From assembly GCA_045121975.1 (NCBI GenBank), contig JBGVHB010000059.1:16337-80336 (forward strand): 64,000 bases of DNA, in the 5' to 3' direction. The notes under the pieces are model-generated. The model saw nothing but the letters and a program-made list of their open reading frames with translations, searched no databases and was not told the DNA's origin. Both the position numbers and the translations under genes were made by a program. The stretch's first letter is position 1; each line of letters opens with the position of its first letter. The stretch is from Roseburia sp. Its GTDB lineage: Bacteria > Bacillota > Clostridia > Lachnospirales > Lachnospiraceae. Positions 19,512-29,613 of this stretch are shown here, piece by piece.

Positions 19512-20960
19512 ATGTACGCAGATGAAAATGTAATCCAAATTAAACATGATGTTCTCTACGAAGTAGCAAAGCTCGCATTTGCAGATGAACTTGATGCGAA
19601 AAGAGACCATATCGCTTTTGAATTAATTCCTGGGCCAACACCGAGGTTTCGCTGCTGTATATACAAAGAAAGAGAGATTATCAGACAGCGTGTCAGATTA
19701 GCAGAAGGCAAAGCACCTGGTACAGTAGATGATGGCAACATTATACAGGTAATCAGTTCTGCCTGTGAGGACTGCCCGATTTCAAGCTATACGGTAACAG
19801 ATAACTGCCAGAATTGTCTTGGAAAAGCATGTGTGAATGCATGTAAATTCGGTGCAATCGAAGCAGGAAGACATCGTTCTCATATAGATGCTTCTAAGTG
19901 TAAGGAGTGCGGAAAATGTGCACAGGCATGTCCATATAATGCAATTGCGCATTTGAAAAGACCATGTAAATTCTCTTGTCCGGTAAATGCGATTACATAT
20001 GATGAAAATGGAATTTCTGTAATTGATAAAGAGAAATGTATCCGCTGTGGAAAATGTATCCATAGCTGTCCATTCGGTGCAATCGGCTCTAAGACTTTTA
20101 TTGTGGATGTTATTAATGCAATCAAATCCGGTAAAAAAGTATACGCAATGGCAGCTCCGGCAACAGAAGGACAGTTTGGCGCAGATATTACGATGGATAG
20201 CTGGAAAAAGGCAATGCTTGAAGTCGGTTTTGCTGATTTTTATGATGTTGGACTTGGTGGAGACATGACCTCTGCTTATGAAGCAGAGGAGTGGGCAGAA
20301 GCTTATAAGGATGGCAAAAAGAAAGTGACTTCCTGCTGTCCGGCATTCGTAAATATGGTTCGTTTACATTATCCGGAGCTTGCAGAATGTGTATCAACAA
20401 CTGTTTCCCCGATGTGTGCAGTATCACGTCTGATTAAGGCAAAAGAGCCGGATGCGGTAACAGTCTTTATTGGACCTTGTATTGCAAAGAAATCAGAAGT
20501 GGTTGACCAGAAGATTGAAGGAAATGCAGATTATGTATTAACCTATTCTGAGATTCGTGCCATTATGAAGGCTGCAAACGTGACATTACAGCCAGTAGAA
20601 AGCAATACACAGTCAGCTTCTATTTACGGTAAGAGATTTGCAAATTCCGGCGGTGTTACCGCTGCGGTATTACAGAGCTTAAAAGAATCTGAGGATGAAA
20701 TTGATGCTAAGGTTTATGTGGCAAATGGTGCTGCAGAATGTAAAAAAGCATTATTACTGCTTAAAGCAGCAAGATTACCGGAAGATTTCATTGAAGGTAT
20801 GTGTTGCGAAGGCGGCTGTGTTGGCGGACCAAGTGCATATAATGACCAGTTCTCTTCTAAGAAGAATCGTGAAACATTACTTGCACAGGCAGATGAACGC
20901 GGCATCCATGAGAATCTTGACCATTATGCAATGGACTCATTCTCCATGCATAGAGAGTAG
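19512..20960 (+). CDS. Monomeric [FeFe]-hydrogenase, group B-like, with ferredoxin domains
   Basis: H-cluster motifs TSCCPAF, GPCIAKKSE, EGMCCEGGCVGG; several CxxCxxCxxxCP motifs. Confidence 0.88.
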   Translation: MYADENVIQIKHDVLYEVAKLAFADELDAKRDHIAFELIPGPTPRFRCCIYKEREIIRQRVRLAEGKAPGTVDDGNIIQVISSACEDCPISSYTVTDNCQNCLGKACVNACKFGAIEAGRHRSHIDASKCKECGKCAQACPYNAIAHLKRPCKFSCPVNAITYDENGISVIDKEKCIRCGKCIHSCPFGAIGSKTFIVDVINAIKSGKKVYAMAAPATEGQFGADITMDSWKKAMLEVGFADFYDVGLGGDMTSAYEAEEWAEAYKDGKKKVTSCCPAFVNMVRLHYPELAECVSTTVSPMCAVSRLIKAKEPDAVTVFIGPCIAKKSEVVDQKIEGNADYVLTYSEIRAIMKAANVTLQPVESNTQSASIYGKRFANSGGVTAAVLQSLKESEDEIDAKVYVANGAAECKKALLLLKAARLPEDFIEGMCCEGGCVGGPSAYNDQFSSKKNRETLLAQADERGIHENLDHYAMDSFSMHRE

Positions 20961-21168
20961 TGTAGATGTTATAAAATAAAAATATTTTAGAAGTCGCTGC
21001 AGGAGGATGTGGCGGCTTCTTTTTGTAAAAGAGACAGTTATTATCATTTTAGGAAGGAGAATTTTGTCAGAAGGATTCTTTGACCGCAGATTGCGTGGAG
21101 AAAATTCCTATGATATAATTTCACAAAAAGTGAGCATCAGACAGAAAAAGAAAAACGGGAGAGAACAT

Positions 21169-21954
21169 ATGAAAAAAGCAGTTTTTTTTGATATTGATGG
21201 AACGTTATGGGATGAAAAAATGCAGATACCAGACAGTACGAAAGCTGCAATTCGTAAGCTTCGTGAAAACGGACATTATGCATTTATCTGCAGCGGCAGA
21301 AGTCGTTCGAATATCCGAAGCAGACAGCTTTTAGATATCGGTTTTGACGGAGTAATTGCATCCTGTGGAACGCATATTGATTTTCATAAAGAAAAAGTAT
21401 TTGAGGTTTTATTAAATGAAAAACAGGTTTCTCATGCACTTGAAACCTTAAAAAAGCATAACATGCCGGCTGTTCTTGAAGGACCTGAGAATATTTACGT
21501 GAACCCGGATGATTTTTTAGATGACCCATATGTGATTTTCTTAAGAGAAGAGTTTGGGGATGAAGTCAGAGAAATCGGCGAGGACTGCTCTAAAATCTGC
21601 ATTAATAAAATGAGTGCAGACATTGGAGAAGCGGATGTGCATGCATTTACAAAGGATTTGGGTGAAGACTTTGATGTCATTATCCATGAGAGAGATAATA
21701 TCGTAGAAATCAATCCATCCGGTTATTCAAAGGCGACAGGAATTCAGAAAGTATGTGAAATTTTTGACATTCCGGTAGAAGCAACCTATGCATTTGGTGA
21801 CAGTGCGAATGATATAGAAATGTTACAGTTTGTAGCACATGGCGTTGCGATGGGAAATGGAACGGAAGATGCGAAAGACGCTGCAGATTATATCACAACA
21901 GAAATTCATGCAGACGGAATACAGAATGGCTTAGCATATTATGGCTTGATATAG
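21169..21954 (+). CDS. Cof-type HAD hydrolase
   Basis: FDIDGTL, CSGR, SKATG, FGDSANDIEM; start moved to ATG 21169 behind GGGAGAG. Confidence 0.9.
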   Translation: MKKAVFFDIDGTLWDEKMQIPDSTKAAIRKLRENGHYAFICSGRSRSNIRSRQLLDIGFDGVIASCGTHIDFHKEKVFEVLLNEKQVSHALETLKKHNMPAVLEGPENIYVNPDDFLDDPYVIFLREEFGDEVREIGEDCSKICINKMSADIGEADVHAFTKDLGEDFDVIIHERDNIVEINPSGYSKATGIQKVCEIFDIPVEATYAFGDSANDIEMLQFVAHGVAMGNGTEDAKDAADYITTEIHADGIQNGLAYYGLI

Positions 21955-21982
21955 AGGAAGTGGCTGTAGAGGAGGAGATGGC

Positions 21983-23134
21983 ATGGCAAATTTGATGGAT
22001 TATCTTGACTGGCGGGGAGATTTGACGTTTGAGCAGTCTGCATTTAATGAAGTAGATAATTTGATTTTGTCGCAGCTTGTATATGTGGATTTTGAGGGAA
22101 TTGTTCCAGCACCGGATGAAAAAGGAAAAATCAGTGTTGCAGAGGCATCGCGCATCTTTTTCGAAACACATGATGTGGCGGAGATTATGAAAAGAGTATC
22201 CATGACAAAAACAGCAATGTTTGTTTTGCAGAAAATGGCAGAAACAGAGCGTTTCAAAGATGCGCAGCTTTTTGGCTATGTGAATGATATCAGTTTAGAA
22301 GAACAGTCCCAGTTTTCGGTGGTCTGTGTCAGCTTAAGTGACAAGAGTATTTATGTAGCTTTCAGCGGAACGGATGAAACAATTGTTGGCTGGAGAGAAA
22401 ACTTTAATATGGGATTTCTTTCTGAAACACCGGGACAGTTAAAAGCGGTAGATTACCTGAATCAGATGATAGGAATCCGGCAGCGTGAAGTACGTGTGGG
22501 CGGCCATTCCAAGGGTGGCAATCTGTCTGTTTATGCTGCAGTGAAATGTAATCCTTCCATCAAACGTAAAATTATCGAAGTGTACAGTAATGATGGACCT
22601 GGATTTAGTCGTGAAATGGTAGAAAGCGAAGAATATCAGGAAATGCTTCCAAAAATCAAAACGATTCTGCCGGAATCAAGTATTGTCGGAATGCTTTTAG
22701 AGCATGAAGAAAGCTATGAGGTAGTAAAAAGCTCCAACAGCGGCATTGGACAGCATGATGCGATGTCCTGGGAGGTGCTGGGAGCGCATTTCCTTTATGG
22801 GGATGCCATTGCGCCACAAAGCATTTTCTGGGATGATACAATGAAAAGCTGGATGCGCCATCTGACCAAGGAACAGCGCGAAGAAATCGTTAATGCGGTA
22901 TTTTCCTTATTAGAAGAAGTAAATATCCGGACAGTGGATGATTTCGCTAAGATTAAATGGAAGACCATTTCGGACATTTTAAAGGCAAAAAAGGAAATGA
23001 ATCAGGAAACACAGCAGTTGTTTTCAAAAGCATTAAAGCTTCTCTGGAAAACAGGAAATGAAAACGTGAAGAATAATATGAAACAGATGGTGAAAGGAAA
23101 GAAGGAAAATACTGGAATTTTACCATTGAAATAA
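21983..23134 (+). CDS. Alpha/beta-hydrolase (DUF2974/lipase-like)
   Basis: GHSKGG nucleophile elbow, DGPGF, SIVGML, HD. Confidence 0.8.
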   Translation: MANLMDYLDWRGDLTFEQSAFNEVDNLILSQLVYVDFEGIVPAPDEKGKISVAEASRIFFETHDVAEIMKRVSMTKTAMFVLQKMAETERFKDAQLFGYVNDISLEEQSQFSVVCVSLSDKSIYVAFSGTDETIVGWRENFNMGFLSETPGQLKAVDYLNQMIGIRQREVRVGGHSKGGNLSVYAAVKCNPSIKRKIIEVYSNDGPGFSREMVESEEYQEMLPKIKTILPESSIVGMLLEHEESYEVVKSSNSGIGQHDAMSWEVLGAHFLYGDAIAPQSIFWDDTMKSWMRHLTKEQREEIVNAVFSLLEEVNIRTVDDFAKIKWKTISDILKAKKEMNQETQQLFSKALKLLWKTGNENVKNNMKQMVKGKKENTGILPLK

Positions 23135-23314
23135 CTGATTTTATAAAGAAAAAATGGATTTTCTAAATAAAATATGAAATAGTATAAAATTGCTGAAAAT
23201 ATAAAAAAATGAGAAAAAAAGAGAAAACAAGAGGAAAAACTAGCATATATATCCATAAATCGGAATATATTTAGTTGCGGTTTTTTAGGCAAAAACATAT
23301 TATATGACTATCGG

Positions 23315-23341
23315 TTAGCACTCAAATGAAATGAGTGCTAA
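23315..23341 (+). promoter_or_regulatory. CIRCE element (HrcA operator)
   Basis: TTAGCACTC-N9-GAGTGCTAA upstream of groES. Confidence 0.97.
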
Positions 23342-23390
23342 TAACAAACAAAAGAATGAATAACAGATAATAGAAACAGGAGGAATCGAC

Positions 23391-23675
23391 ATGAAATTAG
23401 TACCTTTAAGTGACAGAGTAGTTTTAAAACAGTGTGAAGCAGAGGAAACCACAAAATCAGGCATCATCCTTACAAGCAGTGCACAGGAGAAACCACAGGA
23501 AGCAGAAGTAATCGCTGTTGGTCCAGGTGGAATCGTTGATGGAAAAGAAATTACCATGCAGGTAAAAGAAGGACAGAAGGTTATCTATTCTAAATATGCA
23601 GGAACAGAAGTAAAATTAGATGGTCAGGAATACATTATTGTAAGACAGAACGACATCTTAGCAGTAGTAGAATAA
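23391..23675 (+). CDS. groES: Co-chaperonin GroES
   Basis: PLSDRVV, TKSGII, AVGPG, KYAGTEV. Confidence 0.98.
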   Translation: MKLVPLSDRVVLKQCEAEETTKSGIILTSSAQEKPQEAEVIAVGPGGIVDGKEITMQVKEGQKVIYSKYAGTEVKLDGQEYIIVRQNDILAVVE

Positions 23676-23695
23676 TTTAATTAGGAAAGAGGTAG

Positions 23696-25324
<1,629 letters not shown>

Positions 25325-25357
25325 TAAAAAGACAAAACGTTTTTAGAGACGTTTTTT

Positions 25358-25393
25358 CCCACAGGCAGTCGGCTGACTGTTTGTGGGATTTTT
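25358..25393 (+). terminator. Intrinsic terminator
   Basis: CCCACAGGCAGTC/GACTGTTTGTGGG plus T-tract. Confidence 0.75.
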
Positions 25394-25425
25394 GTTCTAT
25401 TCTAAAAGAAAGACAACAGGCATAA

Positions 25426-26268
25426 ATGCAGGAGCAGAAAGAAATGATACTTCATAAAATTACAGCGGACACAAAAGAAGAAAACTTAAAACAATATCTT
25501 AAAAATCTTGGCAGCATAGCTGTTGCATTTTCTGGTGGCGTGGATTCCACCTATTTATTAAAGATAGCACATGAGGTTTTAGGAGAGCGGGCAATTGCAG
25601 TTACTGCCATATCCGGCACATTTCCAAAGCGTGAGATTGATGAGGCGGAGGCATTTTGTAAAAAAGAGGGCATCAGACAGCTCGTTGTTGTCTGTGATGA
25701 AATGCAGATAGAAGGCTTTAGGGAGAATCCCAAGAACCGCTGTTATATCTGCAAAAAAGCGTTATTTTCTGCAATGCAAAATGCAGTTCATCAGGAAGGA
25801 ATAGAATTTATTGCAGAAGGCTCAAATATGGATGATTTAGGAGATTACCGTCCGGGAATGCAGGCAGTCGCAGAGCTTGGAATCAAAAGTCCACTGCGTG
25901 AGGTGGGATTATACAAAAAGGAAATCCGCGAATTATCCCAAAAGAAAAATCTTCCTACATGGGATAAGCCGTCCTTTGCCTGCCTTGCCTCCAGATTTGT
26001 TTACGGGGAAACAATCACAAAAGAAAAGCTTAAAATGGTGGAGCAGGCAGAGGAACTGCTTCGTGAAATGGGCTTTTTACAATTTCGCGTGCGTATGCAT
26101 GGCACAATGGCAAGGATTGAGGTCCTGCCGGAAGAATTTGATAAGCTGATGATAAAAGAAAACAGGGATAAAATTACGCAGGCATTTTCGGATTATGGCT
26201 TTAGCTATGTAACAATGGATTTAAATGGATATCGAATGGGCAGTATGAATGAAACCTTAAATTCTTAA
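25426..26268 (+). CDS. larE: LarE-family ATP-dependent sulfur transferase
   Basis: PP-loop SGGVDS, NRCYICK, DYRPG, SFACLASRF, RVRMHG. Confidence 0.85.
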   Translation: MQEQKEMILHKITADTKEENLKQYLKNLGSIAVAFSGGVDSTYLLKIAHEVLGERAIAVTAISGTFPKREIDEAEAFCKKEGIRQLVVVCDEMQIEGFRENPKNRCYICKKALFSAMQNAVHQEGIEFIAEGSNMDDLGDYRPGMQAVAELGIKSPLREVGLYKKEIRELSQKKNLPTWDKPSFACLASRFVYGETITKEKLKMVEQAEELLREMGFLQFRVRMHGTMARIEVLPEEFDKLMIKENRDKITQAFSDYGFSYVTMDLNGYRMGSMNETLNS

Positions 26269-26358
26269 AACGGAATTATTGTAAATTATTTGTGTATATG
26301 TTATAATTTTCAAAAAATTACATGAAATTCCAATAATTTTACTGAAAGAAGGAAAACT

Positions 26359-26862
26359 ATGGAAATACTTGCGAAATTTGATGAGAAAAATTATAACGAT
26401 ACAACAAAGATATTAGAAAAATTTTCTGTGCGTGCGATTATCATCCGCGATGGTAAATTTGCAATGCAGTGCAGTTTAGACGGCGAATACAAGATTCCGG
26501 GCGGCGGTCAGGAAAATGGTGAGAGCTATACAGAAACATTGATTCGTGAAGTGCGCGAAGAGACAGGACTTTTAGTGAAAGAAGATTCCATTCGTGAGAT
26601 TGGTGAGATTATAGAAATACGAAGAGATATTTTTGATAAAAAGCAGAAATATATCTGTCATTCCCTTTTTTATTTTTGTGAAGTTGGAGAGGAGACAGTT
26701 CCAATCCAGCTGACAGAAAGTGAGATTAAAAAAGGCTATGAGTTAAAATGGGCATCACCGGAGGAAATCTATAACCGCAATATTTTAATTGAGAAAGACC
26801 CTTGGATTGTACGTGATACAGCCTTTGTGAAAATGTATATGGATGGAAAAATAAGACTGTAA
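26359..26862 (+). CDS. Nudix hydrolase
   Basis: Nudix box GGGQENGESYTETLIREVREETG. Confidence 0.9.
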   Translation: MEILAKFDEKNYNDTTKILEKFSVRAIIIRDGKFAMQCSLDGEYKIPGGGQENGESYTETLIREVREETGLLVKEDSIREIGEIIEIRRDIFDKKQKYICHSLFYFCEVGEETVPIQLTESEIKKGYELKWASPEEIYNRNILIEKDPWIVRDTAFVKMYMDGKIRL

Positions 26863-26975
26863 AGCAGTCTTATTTTTATGTAGAAGAACGTGACAATTTG
26901 TGGTATACTATTTGTCAGTGTATGCAAAAATAAAAGCATGTTACCACACTTTAAATTGTATAAAGGAGAAATGTA

Positions 26976-27446
26976 ATGGATAACAATTATATTACTTTAA
27001 CAATCGGAAAACAGAAGAATATTGCATTAATTGCACATGATAATAAGAAACATGACCTGATTCAGTGGTGTGAAGAGAATAAAGAGATTTTAAAAAATCA
27101 TTTTCTGTGCGGAACAGGGACAACAGCACGTATGATTACAGACCATACAGGTCTTCCAGTCAGAGGCTACAACAGTGGCCCACTTGGCGGCGACCAGCAG
27201 ATTGGTGCAAAGATTGTAGAGGGAAAAGTAGATTTTATCGTATTTTTCTCTGACCCACTGACTGCGCAGCCACATGACCCGGATGTTAAGGCTCTGCTTC
27301 GTATTGCGCAGGTATATGATATTCCAATCGCAAATAACCGCGCGTCAGCAGATTTTATGATTCATTCTGAATATATGAGTCAGGAATATGAACATGAAGT
27401 GATTAATTTCCAGAAAAATATCAAAGAGCGTTCAGAGACATTATAG
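26976..27446 (+). CDS. mgsA: Methylglyoxal synthase
   Basis: IALIAHDNKK, GTGTT, SGPLGGDQQIG, PHDPDVKALLR. Confidence 0.96.
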   Translation: MDNNYITLTIGKQKNIALIAHDNKKHDLIQWCEENKEILKNHFLCGTGTTARMITDHTGLPVRGYNSGPLGGDQQIGAKIVEGKVDFIVFFSDPLTAQPHDPDVKALLRIAQVYDIPIANNRASADFMIHSEYMSQEYEHEVINFQKNIKERSETL

Positions 27447-27461
27447 GAAGGAATATACACA

Positions 27462-28334
27462 ATGAGTAAAGTAGCAATTGTATCAGATAGTAATAGCGGT
27501 ATTACTCAGGCAGAAGCGAAAGAATTAGGAATTACAATTCTGCCAATGCCATTTTTTATTAGTGGTGAGACCAAATATGAAGAAATAGATTTGTCACAGG
27601 ATGATTTTTATACTTTGTTATCAGAGGATGCAGACATTTCTACATCCATGCCATTGGTTGGAAATGTAATTGATACATGGGATGAATTATTAAAGGAGTA
27701 TGATGAAATCGTTCATATTCCAATGTCCTCTGGACTTAGTGGTTCTTGTGAGACTGCAACGATGCTTGCTCAGGATTATGACGGAAAAGTGCAGGTAGTA
27801 AATAATCAGCGAATTTCTGTTACACAGCGGCAGTCTGTATTGGATGCACTTGATTTGGCGAAAAAAGGATTTCCTGCAGAAGAAATCAAAAATATTTTAG
27901 AGCGTGATAAAATGGAATCTTCTATTTATATCATGGTTGATACCTTATATTATCTGAAAAAAGGCGGAAGAATTACGCCAGCTGCCGCAGCGCTTGGAAC
28001 ACTTTTAAAATTAAAACCAGTGCTTCAGATTCAGGGCGAGAAGTTAGATTCTTTTGCAAAAGCTAGAACTGTAAAACAGGCGAAGAGCATCATGATTGAT
28101 GCGATGAAAAGTGATTTTGAGAATCGTTTTCATGACCCGGAAGGCAAAAATATGCATCTTGAAATGGCATATACTTATGATTTAGAAGCTGCCGAAGCTT
28201 TCAAGAAGGAAGTAGAAGAAGCGTTCCCAGGAATGGAGATTGTTATGAATCCATTATCCTTAAGTGTATCCTGTCATATCGGACCGGGCGCATTAGCAGT
28301 TGCCTGCTCCAAAAAAATTCCAGAACTTGATTAA
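27462..28334 (+). CDS. DegV-family fatty-acid-binding protein
   Basis: SDSNS, STSMP, SSGLSGS, LKKGGRI, HIGPG. Confidence 0.9.
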   Translation: MSKVAIVSDSNSGITQAEAKELGITILPMPFFISGETKYEEIDLSQDDFYTLLSEDADISTSMPLVGNVIDTWDELLKEYDEIVHIPMSSGLSGSCETATMLAQDYDGKVQVVNNQRISVTQRQSVLDALDLAKKGFPAEEIKNILERDKMESSIYIMVDTLYYLKKGGRITPAAAALGTLLKLKPVLQIQGEKLDSFAKARTVKQAKSIMIDAMKSDFENRFHDPEGKNMHLEMAYTYDLEAAEAFKKEVEEAFPGMEIVMNPLSLSVSCHIGPGALAVACSKKIPELD

Positions 28335-28338
28335 AAAC

Positions 28339-28446
28339 GAAATTTAGGGACGCAGCCTAAATTCCGAAATCTGGGGACGCAGCCTAAATTCTGAAAAATA
28401 GGGACGTAGCCTAAATTTCGAAATTTAGGCTGCGTCCCTATTTTTC
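28339..28446. repeat. Three tandem 27-bp units plus one inverted unit (core GGGACGYAGCCTAAATT)
   Basis: Units 28339-28365, 28366-28392, 28393-28419; inverted copy 28420-28446 is 26/27 to unit 3. Confidence 0.92.
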
Positions 28447-29536
28447 ATTTTCGTAGCAGACATTCTAATAATCTGCTGTTATCCTCTGGGTTCATAAAGC
28501 AGAAGCGGATATATTTGTTATCTAAGAATGGGAAAGTTGAGCAGTCGCGAATCATCATTTTTTCACGAATGGTGCGGTCAAATAAATCTTCGGAAGTTAA
28601 GTCTTCGCGTAAAATGCGGGCTAACAAAAAGTTTCCGCTTGGTGCATATACCTTAAAATCACCGGAGGCGATTAAAGCATCATAACAGCGTTTGCGTTCT
28701 GCTGAAATCAGGTTTCTTGTGGCATTTATGTAGTCTGTGTCTGCAAACATGGTTTCTCCGGCGATGACAGCAAGAGAGTTAATTGTCCAAGGATTCTTTC
28801 TGGTATTGATTTCCTTGATTAAATCGCGGTTTCCGGTAATTGCATAGCCAAGACGTAAGCCCGGAGCAGCAAAGAATTTAGAAGTTCCACGTAAAATAAC
28901 AATATTATTATAGTAATTTGTCAGCGGAACAGAATCAATCTCGTCCATATTTTCTGCAAACTCTACATAAGTTTCATCCACCATAACATAAATATCATAT
29001 TCCTTGCAGGCATCTAAGATGTGGCGCATGTCTTTTCTTGTAATACAGGAAGAGGTAGGGTTATTTGGATTGCAGATGACCAAAAGGTCAATTTTTTCGT
29101 TCAAGTGAGCAATAAAATCCTCTACATTTAATTTAAAATCATCCTTTTCTTTTAAAGAATAATAAAGTGTTGTACCACCGCCTAAAGAAATCTCACGTTC
29201 ATATTCCGAATAGGTTGGGCCAATAATCATTGCTTTTTTCGGATGCTCAATTTGGATGAAAAGAGAAATCAGCTCAGTAGAGCCATTTCCAACGATGACA
29301 TTTTCATAATCGGTATTACAATAATTGGCGATACATTTGCGCAGGGAAGTATATTCTCTGTCCGGGTAGCTTGTGATTGCATCAATCTTTTCTGCAAGTG
29401 TGCTTTTTAAAAGCGGAGAAACGCCGAGCGGGTTGACATTTGCGGAAAAGCTGATAATTTCTTCTTTTTTAATGCCATAGATGGCTTCTATTTTTTCTAA
29501 ATCACTTCCATGAAAGTGGTCTTTGTGTTTTATCAT
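28445..29536 (-). CDS. PLP-dependent class I aminotransferase (CobD threonine-phosphate decarboxylase / HisC-like)
   Basis: HGSD, FSANVNPLG, CNPNNPT, DETYVEF, TSKFFAAPGLRLGY. Confidence 0.85.
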   Translation of the reverse strand: MIKHKDHFHGSDLEKIEAIYGIKKEEIISFSANVNPLGVSPLLKSTLAEKIDAITSYPDREYTSLRKCIANYCNTDYENVIVGNGSTELISLFIQIEHPKKAMIIGPTYSEYEREISLGGGTTLYYSLKEKDDFKLNVEDFIAHLNEKIDLLVICNPNNPTSSCITRKDMRHILDACKEYDIYVMVDETYVEFAENMDEIDSVPLTNYYNNIVILRGTSKFFAAPGLRLGYAITGNRDLIKEINTRKNPWTINSLAVIAGETMFADTDYINATRNLISAERKRCYDALIASGDFKVYAPSGNFLLARILREDLTSEDLFDRTIREKMMIRDCSTFPFLDNKYIRFCFMNPEDNSRLLECLLRK

Positions 29537-29613
29537 TGATTACTCCTCCAAATTAGTTTATAATTTATTATAGTCATTGTTCGTAAAAATGCAATGGAAA
29601 TCCGGTAAAGAAA

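Noticed and set aside
28339-28446. Mini CRISPR array
   Set aside because: The units are contiguous 27-mers without unique spacers, one is inverted, and no cas genes are present
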